From positions 64,001 to 128,000 of the forward strand of contig JAXMOL010000005.1 of the NCBI GenBank assembly GCA_034669905.1: a stretch of 64,000 nucleotides of DNA, given 5' to 3'. Both the position numbers and the translations under genes were made by a program. The stretch is from Candidatus Hydrogenedentota bacterium. GTDB taxonomy: Bacteria; Hydrogenedentota; Hydrogenedentia; Hydrogenedentales; JAEUWI01. Under the pieces are notes generated by a model. The model saw only the letters and a program-made list of their open reading frames with translations, did not search any database and had not been told where the DNA came from. Positions 19,996 to 29,398 of the stretch are shown in pieces; the first letter of the stretch is position 1; every line of letters begins with the position of its first letter.

Positions 19996-20462
19996 GGCGC
20001 AGGCGCTTCATCGATAAGGGAGCCCACAAACCGGGCCCGAGGTCCATAGGCGGCGAGGAGCTCAGGCCACTGCACGTAAAACTCTTCCGCCATCCAGTAC
20101 ATGACCCGCCCGGTCACCGAGGGGCGCACCACCTGGGCTCCGCACTCGATGTAAAGGGCCGGCACGCGGAAGAGCTTCCCGATGAGCACAACGGGGATGG
20201 CGATTTCCGCGCCGGTGGACACAATAAGATCGGGACGTTCCTTACGGAAGATCCGGGTAACACGCACCAGGTTCTTGAGAAACTCGATGGGGTTCTTGGC
20301 CATATTGGGTACGAGATAGCGATTTTCCAGCCGACGGGTCGTGTCGGCGTCGTAGCAGAAGTAAAAAACGGTGTGGCCTTCAAAAGCCTCCTGAATCTGA
20401 AGCATCTCGTTTAAGTGCCCGCCGTGCGAGCAGGTGCAGCAGATTTTTATGGGTTCAGGCAT
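19992..20462 (-). CDS. Alg14/PssD-like glycosyltransferase subunit
   Basis: SHGGHL, PDLIVSTGA, VQWP. Confidence 0.88.
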   Translation of the reverse strand: MPEPIKICCTCSHGGHLNEMLQIQEAFEGHTVFYFCYDADTTRRLENRYLVPNMAKNPIEFLKNLVRVTRIFRKERPDLIVSTGAEIAIPVVLIGKLFRVPALYIECGAQVVRPSVTGRVMYWMAEEFYVQWPELLAAYGPRARFVGSLIDEAPAP

Positions 20463-20651
20463 GTAACCTCATCTCACACTATGGCTGGGCATCTCCTGCG
20501 ATTTTACGAGGCCAAGGGTACGGATAGCAACGGCCGAACACAAAATACCCGGCAAGCCCGCCCTTTTCCAGTCCATCGAGCTAGATTACCGGTGTCGCCC
20601 CCGATACAATAGGCGCACACCACGTTCCAACCCACTGGGTACGCTACACGG

Positions 20652-22268
20652 ATGTACAGTAACGAACGCTATTCCGCCTTCCTGCGGCGGCTGAATAACT
20701 TTCTCCCCGATATCACCGACGACGCGCCGTCCCGGTGGGCGCCCTGGGAGTGGCTGGTCGTCGCCACCGGGATGTTGGGCACCCTGGCCTTAGGACTGGC
20801 CCATCTCGGTGTCCCCAGCCTGTGGCACGACGAGTTGGTCCACATCTACGTGTCGAAGAGCATCGCTGCCACGGGATGGCCCGCCCTGCCGAGTGGCAAT
20901 TTCTATCCCAGTTCAACCGCCTACAATATACTCCTCGCGGGCTTCGTTGGCCTCTTCGGAGACGACGCCTTCTGGGTGCGCCTGCCTTCGGTCCTGCTGG
21001 CGAGCCTGAACGTGGCCTTGCTGTACCTCGTGGCCCGCAGCCACCTGGGCCGTCGCGTTGCCGTGGTCGCCCTCTTCCTGCTGGCCCTTTCCCCCTGGCA
21101 CATCGCCTGGGCAAGACAGGCACGGCTCTACGAGTTTCAGGTATTCAGCTATCTGCTGCTCGTCATCGCCACCTGGCGCTATGCGTGCAGCACACACCGC
21201 CGGGCACAGCAGCTTTGGGGTCTGGGCGCCATGGTGGCCTATATCGTCGGCGTGCTCACTTCCTTCCACTCGATTCTCTACCTCGGACCCGTGGGCGCCT
21301 ATGCCATCCTCCAGACGCTGATTGAGAAGCAATGGCGCAGCCGCCATGCCGTGACTATCGTCGCCTGCACCGTGCTCGGCATCCTCACCATCCTGTGGTT
21401 CCGCTTCAACCCCAATCCGGTGGACCGCGCGGCCGTCTTCGAAACGGGTATTGGCGGCCTGTTGCTCGACTACCTGCGAACCGATCGCTATTTCTATCTG
21501 CGGTTCCTCGCGAACAACCTGAGTAGTGGCTTTCTCCTCCTCGCCTTCGCGGGTACCGGGCTGCTGCTATGGCGGACCACGCCTCAAAAGCGTCTGGTCG
21601 TCCTGGCCTTCTGGGTACCGGTACTGATTCTGACCTTTCTCGTCGGCTATCGGCGCCCCCGCTTCATGTTCTTTGCCTATCCCTTCTACGTGCTCTTGTC
21701 CAGCGTGGGGTTGGTTGGTGTCCTGGCCCTGGTCCTTCGCGGACGTCGCTCTCTCCTGCACGGCATCGTGGCGCTCCTGGCCGTGCTGTTTCTGGGGCGA
21801 CTCTCCCTATCCCTCGTAGACCTCACCCATCAGAGCCTCAAGACCGCATCGGGCGCGGACGTCACCCTTGCCCGTCGTCATCCCCAGTGGAAAAAGCCGA
21901 CGGCCTGGGTGAAGTCCCATCGGACCGACGAAGCGATTCTCACGACGACCTTTCTGCCGGTCTATCACTACGTCGGCCACGTGGACAACTGGTTCCCCAA
22001 CCGCTACACGCGCTGGGAGTTTCAGGAGTCGGGCCTGGAAGGGCTGGGTTCCCTGGAGGCACTCAAGGGCTTTCTTGAGGAGCATCCCCGTGGCTTTTAC
22101 ATCGCGGAGGATTCCCGCTTCATGATGTGGCGCTGGCACGGCGATCTAATCGACGATCTGGGGCAGGAGGTGTTCTGGGTGGAAGCCCATATGACGCGTG
22201 TTGATGAAGCCTGCAGCGACGATGTCCAGGTTTGGGCCTGGGATTTCACAGAAGGGGTGCCGGAATGA
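20652..22268 (+). CDS. GT-C fold membrane glycosyltransferase (PMT/ArnT-like)
   Basis: SLWHDE, RLPS, ARLY motifs; many TM helices; soluble C-terminus. Confidence 0.8.
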   Translation: MYSNERYSAFLRRLNNFLPDITDDAPSRWAPWEWLVVATGMLGTLALGLAHLGVPSLWHDELVHIYVSKSIAATGWPALPSGNFYPSSTAYNILLAGFVGLFGDDAFWVRLPSVLLASLNVALLYLVARSHLGRRVAVVALFLLALSPWHIAWARQARLYEFQVFSYLLLVIATWRYACSTHRRAQQLWGLGAMVAYIVGVLTSFHSILYLGPVGAYAILQTLIEKQWRSRHAVTIVACTVLGILTILWFRFNPNPVDRAAVFETGIGGLLLDYLRTDRYFYLRFLANNLSSGFLLLAFAGTGLLLWRTTPQKRLVVLAFWVPVLILTFLVGYRRPRFMFFAYPFYVLLSSVGLVGVLALVLRGRRSLLHGIVALLAVLFLGRLSLSLVDLTHQSLKTASGADVTLARRHPQWKKPTAWVKSHRTDEAILTTTFLPVYHYVGHVDNWFPNRYTRWEFQESGLEGLGSLEALKGFLEEHPRGFYIAEDSRFMMWRWHGDLIDDLGQEVFWVEAHMTRVDEACSDDVQVWAWDFTEGVPE

Positions 22269-23209
22269 CAGAGACGACGCCACCGCCGCGTCGGGCCTGG
22301 GGACGCTACCTTTTCCTGGTGGGCCTGGTATTGCTCACGGTATTGGGGTGGCACTTTGGCTGGCAAAATCTCGCCCAGCTGATCCGCGGTGCCTCTCCCG
22401 TCGACCTGGGTCTCATGACCCTGCTGATCGTGGCAGGCTTCTGGATTCGTGCGTGGAAATGGCACTACGCCCTGGGACCGGGACAGCAGGGAGTTCGCCT
22501 GTTTTTTATTGCGAAGACGGCGGGTAATCTTACGCCGGGCCGGGCCGGAGAATTCGCCCCCTTGTTGTTGCGCGGCCACCGCAATGCCCGGGTCGCCGCC
22601 TGGATCGGCCTGGATCGTATCATCGAAGTCGTTTGGACCCTCGGCCTGGGTTTCCTCGGCGCCGCGGCTATTGGCCTGGTGCCCTGGTGGATAGTGGTCG
22701 GGGGCACGACGGTCGGGGTACTCCTACTGCTCGTCGCCTGGCGCGTATTGGGGCGCGTCCCCTTTCGAGCCCCCTCGGCCGACGGGGAAACCGCCACATG
22801 GCCTGAAAAGCTGTCGGGAATGCTCCACACCTTGCGGAAGGAACTCGTACTCTTCGGGCCAGCGTTGCCTGTGGTGATGGTGTCGACCGCCGTGGCCAAA
22901 GTCACGGACATCTACGCGGTGATTCTTCTTTGCGCGGCCTTTGGGCACACCGCATCCTTTCTGGTGGTGTGTGCCGCACGTTGCGCCCATGCGCTGGTCA
23001 GCGCCGTGCCCGTTACGCCGGATGCCACCGGGGTGCCCTTCATCGCAGCCGCCTGGTGCCTGAACACCTATTCCGCCATCCCCTATGACACCCTGACGGC
23101 GGCCCTGGGATTGGAGGTCATCGTAATAAATGCTATACTCTGGGCATGTTTTTGTATCGTTTCCGCCCTCCCGTGGGACACCGCCAATGAGAGCAACCCG
23201 GTGAAATAA
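22265..23209 (+). CDS. Lysylphosphatidylglycerol-synthase-TM / flippase-like protein
   Basis: RAWKW, PGRAGE, DRIIE pattern; polytopic; ATGA overlap with the upstream gene. Confidence 0.75.
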   Translation: MTETTPPPRRAWGRYLFLVGLVLLTVLGWHFGWQNLAQLIRGASPVDLGLMTLLIVAGFWIRAWKWHYALGPGQQGVRLFFIAKTAGNLTPGRAGEFAPLLLRGHRNARVAAWIGLDRIIEVVWTLGLGFLGAAAIGLVPWWIVVGGTTVGVLLLLVAWRVLGRVPFRAPSADGETATWPEKLSGMLHTLRKELVLFGPALPVVMVSTAVAKVTDIYAVILLCAAFGHTASFLVVCAARCAHALVSAVPVTPDATGVPFIAAAWCLNTYSAIPYDTLTAALGLEVIVINAILWACFCIVSALPWDTANESNPVK

Positions 23210-23269
23210 CGTCCCCCCCGGCAAAACGGGCGTGCCCACCACGGTCCCCTTTGACATAGAAAGTTTTCC

Positions 23270-24292
23270 ATGAGCAAACACACGACGGGAATCCTCCTGA
23301 TTAACACCGGCTCCTCCTCCGCCCCCAAGGTGCCAGAGACCCGCGCCTACCTGAAGCAGTTTCTCTCTGACCCGCGTATCATCGACATCGCGGCCTGGAA
23401 GCGCTGGGTTATTGTGAATTGCTTCATCCTCCCCTTCCGCCCCAAGCAGACGGCCGAAGCCTATGAAGCTATCTGGACGGACCGCGGCTCTCCCCTCATT
23501 GCCATCAGCGAAGACTTTGCCGAAGCACTGGCCAGGGAACTGCCCGACATGCCCATCGAAATCGGCATGGCCTATGGAGACCCGTCGATTGAGGCGGGCA
23601 TGGACAAACTCATGGCCCGGGGCGTGGACCGCATTATCATTGCCCCCATGTTCCCTCAGTACGCTTCTGCCACGACCGGTGCGGTTTTCGAGCGCTCCTT
23701 CACCTATGCCGCGAAGCAGTGGAACGTCCCCTGTCTAACCGCCCTGCCGCCCTACTACGACAATGAAGATTACCTCGATGCCTGGAAGGCCGTGGCCGCA
23801 GAAAAACTGGCCGCCTTCCAGCCCGACCATGTGGTTCTCAGTTATCACGGTCTCCCGGAGCGGCAGATTAAGAAGGGCGATCCTTCGGGGAGTCACTGCC
23901 TAATGAAGAAGGACTGCTGCGAGACGGTCAATGATGCCAATAAGAATTGCTATCGTCGCCATTGTCTCTACACGTCGCGGGAGATTGTGAAGCGCCTGGG
24001 TCTGGAAGAAGGCAAGTACTCCGTCACCTTCCAATCCCGTCTGGGCCGGGACCCCTGGCTCACGCCGGCCACCGACCAAACCGTGGATGAACTCGCGAAG
24101 CAGGGTGTGAAACGCCTGGCGATCTTGTCGCCCGCCTTTACCGCTGATTGCCTGGAGACCCTGGAAGAAATCGGCATGCAGGCGAAGGATAGCTTTATCG
24201 CGCACGGCGGCGAGGCCTTCGAATTGATCCCGTCGCTGAACACCCACCCGAAATGGGTGGAAGCCTTCGCTGGAATCATTAAGGCGTTGTAG
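23270..24292 (+). CDS. hemH: Ferrochelatase
   Basis: YLKQFLSDPR, PQYA, SYHGLP, FQSRLG..PWL, DCLETLEE. Confidence 0.95.
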   Translation: MSKHTTGILLINTGSSSAPKVPETRAYLKQFLSDPRIIDIAAWKRWVIVNCFILPFRPKQTAEAYEAIWTDRGSPLIAISEDFAEALARELPDMPIEIGMAYGDPSIEAGMDKLMARGVDRIIIAPMFPQYASATTGAVFERSFTYAAKQWNVPCLTALPPYYDNEDYLDAWKAVAAEKLAAFQPDHVVLSYHGLPERQIKKGDPSGSHCLMKKDCCETVNDANKNCYRRHCLYTSREIVKRLGLEEGKYSVTFQSRLGRDPWLTPATDQTVDELAKQGVKRLAILSPAFTADCLETLEEIGMQAKDSFIAHGGEAFELIPSLNTHPKWVEAFAGIIKAL

Positions 24293-24407
24293 GGGACTGC
24301 CGGGGACTGCACCGACGTGGCAATGACACGGTACCCACAACGACGAGCATGCGAAAAAGCCAGTTGTAGTGAACGAATTAAACTCGGACGTCGGGGCCGT
24401 CCCCCTC
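24289..24407. repeat. GTAG/GGGGAC-type REP doublet
   Basis: GGGGACTGCACCGACG ... CGTCGGGGCCGTCCCCCTC imperfect inverted ends, same family as the 56.7-57.6 kb array. Confidence 0.75.
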
Positions 24408-24474
24408 CCCAGCGGGATCACAGTCTCCGCCACGAGGGGAACATTTCAAAACGCCATAGGGGGAGAGCTTAACC

Positions 24475-25014
24475 ATGGAAATACTTGCCCGTTTCTATCG
24501 TTTAGTGATGCCCCGATTCCGCTGTACTTTGACCACCTCATTGGACCATGAGCAGGTAGAGGATATCTTGCGGAAGATAATCAGTACCGCCATGTTTTTC
24601 TCTTCTCCGGGAATTCCTCTCAAAGGGAATTTCGCCCCACCCAGATTCAATGTCGACGTGAATGACCAAGGAGAGCAGGCAAGTACGAAATTCAGCGGCA
24701 CGTTGGAGCGCGGCCAAGGCGAAACCCGTATACACACCCACGCCGAGTTGGGAATGCTCGGAATCGTCATTCCATCTTTTACATTGGGAATCGTATACTT
24801 AGCCGCGTTGGACATGCGCTTGGATCAGGCAATATCAGCTGCACTTCTGATCATTGGAGCACTGCTCTTTGTCATCTTTCGGATCATGGAAATCAGGTGC
24901 TTTTGGCGGGACGTATACGCGATTGTTGAAATCCTGGAGTACCATCTCGCTGCCGAAGTAGTTTTCCGATCGCATGGCAAGTCTGGCGTGCCCATTGACA
25001 ACAACACGGAGTAG
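24475..25014 (+). CDS. Hypothetical two-TM membrane protein, lower GC than its flanks
   Basis: 179-aa ORF with GGGAGAG RBS and two C-terminal hydrophobic helices. Confidence 0.55.
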   Translation: MEILARFYRLVMPRFRCTLTTSLDHEQVEDILRKIISTAMFFSSPGIPLKGNFAPPRFNVDVNDQGEQASTKFSGTLERGQGETRIHTHAELGMLGIVIPSFTLGIVYLAALDMRLDQAISAALLIIGALLFVIFRIMEIRCFWRDVYAIVEILEYHLAAEVVFRSHGKSGVPIDNNTE

Positions 25015-25065
25015 AACAGTTTCTATTTCGCAGGGTAGGTAGGTGTCGCCCGCAGTCTCCTTCAA

Positions 25066-25177
25066 GAGGGGGACAGCCTCGCCTTCCGAGACGTCGCCCT
25101 GGGACCATGACACGGGGTGCGACACCTCGCTTGCTGCGCGACCCCTTCGTTCTTTTGGTCGAGGCAGTCCCCGCTAC
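25066..25177. repeat. GTAG/GGGGAC-type REP doublet, reverse orientation
   Basis: Minus strand GTAGCGGGGACTGCCTCG ... CGAGGCTGTCCCCCTC. Confidence 0.65.
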
Positions 25178-25599
25178 AATTTCATCCCAAAATGATGGGC
25201 CGTAATATCCATGCACTTGGTGAGGTAAAAACGATGGGCGGCGAATCGTTGGACCCCGCTATCGAGGTGTAATTCGGCACAGCCTTGGCGACGCCCTTCG
25301 TCCACGAGCCAGTCGAGGAGCATACCCCCATAGCCGCCACTTCGATGGGCCTCTGCGGTCACCAGATCGTCCACATAGATAAAATGCCCCCAGGACAAGT
25401 TGCGCCCCAAACGATAGCCCGCCACGGCAACGGGCACGCCGTCTTCCATGACAACGATCAGGTGGTAGTGCTGGGTCGTCATCTGATCCACGACCTGCTC
25501 GACGAAGGCTTCCTGTGTCAGATGGGGACGTAGTTCCGCCATGACGGGATAGCACGTGGCGATTTCTTCGGGCGTCGCTGGTTTCTCGATGTGGCTCAT
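25174..25599 (-). CDS. GNAT N-acetyltransferase
   Basis: YVDDLVT..HRSGGYG, LHLDSGVQRFAAHRFY. Confidence 0.92.
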   Translation of the reverse strand: MSHIEKPATPEEIATCYPVMAELRPHLTQEAFVEQVVDQMTTQHYHLIVVMEDGVPVAVAGYRLGRNLSWGHFIYVDDLVTAEAHRSGGYGGMLLDWLVDEGRRQGCAELHLDSGVQRFAAHRFYLTKCMDITAHHFGMKL

Positions 25600-25717
25600 C
25601 ACGCGCAGGGGCTCCTTGGGACGAATTGATAGTGAGAACGAGCCACAGTGTAGCACCCGCCCGCGCATGCCCCGCAAATCGAAGGGGCAAGGAGGCGTCC
25701 GCCGAAGTTCCACCACC

Positions 25718-26176
25718 CTAACGACGTTTGGCCGCTTTCTTTGCCGCCCGCTTCTCCGCCATTCGCTCCCGTACCGTCGTTGGCTTGGCACCGCTTTTCA
25801 TTTTGGCGGAGCGCTTGCCTGGCTTTCCCGTGGATTTCCCCACCCCTTTTTTCTCTGCCTTTTCCGCCTTCTTGCGCGCCGTCGTTTCCCGCTTCTGCTG
25901 CTTCTTCTCCGCCTGCGCCGCTTTTCGTTCGGCCACGGCACGCTTCTTCGCGGCCGTGGCCTCACGTTTGGACGCCTTCAGCTTCTCTTTTTCAACGCGT
26001 TTTTCTGCGGCCGCTTCACGCTTCGCCGCGCGCACACGTTTCTTTTCCGCCGCCGCCTCTTTGCGAGCCTGCGTTCGTTCCTTGGACGCGGCCTTCTCCG
26101 CCCGGTCAGCAATCATTTTCTCTGCGACGGAACGGACCCGGGCCCACGTACCTGGTTTCTTCTCGGAATTTGCCAT
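25718..26176 (-). CDS. Lys/Ala/Arg-rich basic, histone-H1-like protein
   Basis: 152 aa dominated by K/A/R/E repeats; AAGGG RBS; co-oriented with neighbours. Confidence 0.55.
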   Translation of the reverse strand: MANSEKKPGTWARVRSVAEKMIADRAEKAASKERTQARKEAAAEKKRVRAAKREAAAEKRVEKEKLKASKREATAAKKRAVAERKAAQAEKKQQKRETTARKKAEKAEKKGVGKSTGKPGKRSAKMKSGAKPTTVRERMAEKRAAKKAAKRR

Positions 26177-26238
26177 ATGGATTGGCTACCCTTCGTGGCG
26201 GATGGGGAGCCAATCGCCGTTAGCAATGCGTTGCTGAA

Positions 26239-28176
26239 TTACTCCGCCGTCGCCGTCTCTGCCGCATCTTCTGCGCCAGTTACAGTTGGCAGGTTGTCCG
26301 CGAAATCGCGGTAGCCACGGGGCAGCTCGGTGTGAATATCCTTGGAAATCCAACGGAACTTGCCTTCCATGAGGGAATCCGCCACCTTGTTAAAGGTCCC
26401 GTTGTGGTTCTTCTTCACCGCGCGGAAATTGTCTTCAATACGCTTCCGGGCATTGGCGCAGAAGAGGTCGGCCAATTCCTGGGGCGTCTGGTCGCTCTTG
26501 TTCTGGGCCAGGAGATGCTCGGTTTTGGCGAGCACGCAGCCCATAACGAAGAGGTCTACACCGATGTCCACAAAGTTAGCCAGAATAAGCTGTTCGAATT
26601 CCAGTTTCTCTTTGTATTTCCCCATCGTGTGGAAAAGACTGCGGGCGAGGCGCTTGCAGGTCTTGGCCGCATAGGCCAGGTGATCCCGGTTATCCGTATT
26701 GAGATAATGGACGTTGAAGTCCATGCTCGTGGGCATCCAGACTTTGGGATACCATCCCACATAGAATTTGGCGGCCTGAAGGATGTAGGACCACTTCTTC
26801 GCTTTCTGATCCCCTTTGGGATTCAGAATCGGCATGACCAACCGGAAGTGAGTGTCCATGGCTTCGCGGGCCATGATCAGGTGCATAACCTCGGTGGAGC
26901 CTTCGAAAATACGGCCCACACGCATGTCCCGCAAAATACGGTTCACCGGCACCGGTTTCTCGCCCCGTTCATAGAGGGAAGTATCGCTTTCAAAGCCACG
27001 TCCGCCACGCACCTGCAGAAAGTCATCCAGCACACGCCAGCAGGTTTCCGTGCAGAAATACTTGGCCGCAGCCGCTTCCAGGCGGATGTCCGCATTTTTC
27101 CGGTCCGCGAACGAACAGGCGGTATACACCAGGCTTTCCATGGCATAGGTATCGGACGCCATGTTGGCAATCTTTCGGGAAATGGATTGGTGCTTGCCAA
27201 TGGGCACGCCCCACTGGACCCGCTTGTTCACCCATTCTTCGCAATCGAGCAAGAACTTCTTGCAGGAACCTGCCGCCGAAGCCGGAATGCCCAGGCGCCC
27301 GGCGTTGAGGGTTGTCAAGGCAATCTTCAGGCCTTCGCCGGGCTTTCCGATCATGTTCTCGGCGGGCACTTTCACGTTATTGAAGGTCAGCAGGCCATTG
27401 GCGATACCTTTCAACCCCATGAACTGACAGCGATGCTCCACCTTAAACCCGGGCGAATCGGCTTCTACCACAAAGGTCGAGATCTGGGGAATCTCTTTGC
27501 CGTTCTTAATCTTCGGCGGGGTTTTGGCCATCACCACCATCATGGTGGCTGCCGTGCCGTTGGTACACCACAACTTGGTGCCGTTAATAAGGTAGAAGCT
27601 TCCGTCTTCCGAAAGTGTCGCGGTCGTCGACATTTTCGCGGGGTCGGACCCCACATCGGGTTCGGTCAGGGCAAAGGCGGAAACTTCCCCCTTGGCCAGC
27701 CGGGGCAGAAATTTCTCCTTCTGCGCTTCCGTACCAAAAAGCTTGAGGGGTTGGGGCACGCCGATGCTCTGGTGGGCCGACACCCATGTCACGGTGGACT
27801 GGCAGTAACTCCCGATATAGCTGAGTACTCGGCCATAGTTCCACTGGGAGAGGCCGAGACCGCCGTATTTCTTGTCGATTTTCATGCCAAAGACGCCCAC
27901 CTTGGCCAATTCGTCCAAGACGACTTGGGGGTATTCTCCCGTTTCATCGACGGCGATAGGATCGAGGTGTTCTTCCAGCACGGCACCAATCTTTTCGATC
28001 AACTCATCGCCAATGCGCTTATCTTCGGCGTCCTGCTCGGGATAAGGATGGAGCAAGTCCCACCGAAAATTCCCCTTGAACATCTCGGCGGTGAAGCTGG
28101 GAAACTTCCATTCCGTTTCCCGGGCCGCTTCGGCCAACTCCATCGCCTGGTCTTTGGCGTTCGTATCGGTTGCCAT
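26239..28176 (-). CDS. Acyl-CoA dehydrogenase (long, VLCAD-like)
   Basis: FALTEPDVGSD, GTKLWCTNG, QVRGGRG, RIFEG. Confidence 0.93.
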   Translation of the reverse strand: MATDTNAKDQAMELAEAARETEWKFPSFTAEMFKGNFRWDLLHPYPEQDAEDKRIGDELIEKIGAVLEEHLDPIAVDETGEYPQVVLDELAKVGVFGMKIDKKYGGLGLSQWNYGRVLSYIGSYCQSTVTWVSAHQSIGVPQPLKLFGTEAQKEKFLPRLAKGEVSAFALTEPDVGSDPAKMSTTATLSEDGSFYLINGTKLWCTNGTAATMMVVMAKTPPKIKNGKEIPQISTFVVEADSPGFKVEHRCQFMGLKGIANGLLTFNNVKVPAENMIGKPGEGLKIALTTLNAGRLGIPASAAGSCKKFLLDCEEWVNKRVQWGVPIGKHQSISRKIANMASDTYAMESLVYTACSFADRKNADIRLEAAAAKYFCTETCWRVLDDFLQVRGGRGFESDTSLYERGEKPVPVNRILRDMRVGRIFEGSTEVMHLIMAREAMDTHFRLVMPILNPKGDQKAKKWSYILQAAKFYVGWYPKVWMPTSMDFNVHYLNTDNRDHLAYAAKTCKRLARSLFHTMGKYKEKLEFEQLILANFVDIGVDLFVMGCVLAKTEHLLAQNKSDQTPQELADLFCANARKRIEDNFRAVKKNHNGTFNKVADSLMEGKFRWISKDIHTELPRGYRDFADNLPTVTGAEDAAETATAE

Positions 28177-28558
28177 CTACTCGCCCTTCCTGGGTTGCCT
28201 ACCTAACGACCGGTAGGTATAAACGCAAACACATGACCATGCACAGGGCTACCGTTACACCCTGTGCGTGGGGGTAAAACTACACTAAAAGAAGAATAGC
28301 ACAAAATACGACGGTGCGCCAGTGCCGGAATTTCTTCTCCGGGTATGGGACCCCCGAGGGCTTCAATCCGTTTCAGCCCCACCAAAATGGGGCCGCTTGT
28401 CGGGCAAAAGGCCCGCACGGTCAGCCCCACGGCCTTCTGCCACGTTGCGCCCTGTCTACCAATACCGATATCATCAGACGAAAATACCCATCTCCATAGC
28501 TCCCTGTGCATCGTGCTATCGGGCGCTACGGGGAGCCCGTTCGAAAGGAATCAGACCC

Positions 28559-29398
28559 ATGCCGGGAGACCAGCCCGCCAATCGCCCCCCTTGTGCCTTC
28601 GTGGTCGGCGACTTCAATGTAGGGAAATCCACCCTGCTCAATGCCCTGCTCCACCGGGAGATCCTCCATACCAGTCGAGAAGAAGGACGGGCCCTCCCGA
28701 CCTTCATCGGCAGAAATGGAGAGTCCTGTGATCGTTTCGCGGCCCTGGCACCCGACGGCCAAACCGTCACCCCCCAAACCCACGACGAGTTTCTCCGCAC
28801 CAAGCAGGAACCCGGTCGCGCGGCGAGCGTCAGGGCCCTGTCGGTAGGCTGTGCGACATCACCCTTTCGCGAGTTACTGCTCGTCGATACCTCGGGCATG
28901 TCGAGTGACACCTGTGAATCGACCGAAATCGCCGGCCTCGACGGTCAGGAGTCGTCCCTGCTGTTGGTGGTAACCGATATTGAATACTGGGCCTCCAAAC
29001 ATACGATGGATTTCCTGGCCTTTCATCAGGAGCAGTTTGGAGAGCGCCTCTACCTCATCGCCAACAAGGCCGATCACCTGAACGCCAGTGAAATTGAGCG
29101 TATTCAGGCGAAGGCGGCGCAACGCATGGAAAACTACGGCATTGACCCGGCACCCCGCTTTTTCGCCCTTTCGGCCCGCCTGGAAATGGCCCGCCGTACG
29201 CCCCGGGATGAATACCGTTGTCGGACCAAAACCCGGGTCCGCGAGTTGTGTGATGGCGGCTTCGACGCCCTCCGCGTGGCCCTCTATGAATTTGAAGCGG
29301 CCCAGAGCCAACGGGAGAATCCCGTGGCGGTGGATGATTGGGTGCGGACGCCCCTCGCCACCTCCTTTATCGCGACCCAGGAAGGAGTTCCCGCATGA
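28559..29398 (+). CDS. Short dynamin-family GTPase (G domain only)
   Basis: G1 GDFNVGKS, G3 DTSG, G4 NKAD, FALSAR; AAGGA RBS. Confidence 0.8.
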   Translation: MPGDQPANRPPCAFVVGDFNVGKSTLLNALLHREILHTSREEGRALPTFIGRNGESCDRFAALAPDGQTVTPQTHDEFLRTKQEPGRAASVRALSVGCATSPFRELLLVDTSGMSSDTCESTEIAGLDGQESSLLLVVTDIEYWASKHTMDFLAFHQEQFGERLYLIANKADHLNASEIERIQAKAAQRMENYGIDPAPRFFALSARLEMARRTPRDEYRCRTKTRVRELCDGGFDALRVALYEFEAAQSQRENPVAVDDWVRTPLATSFIATQEGVPA

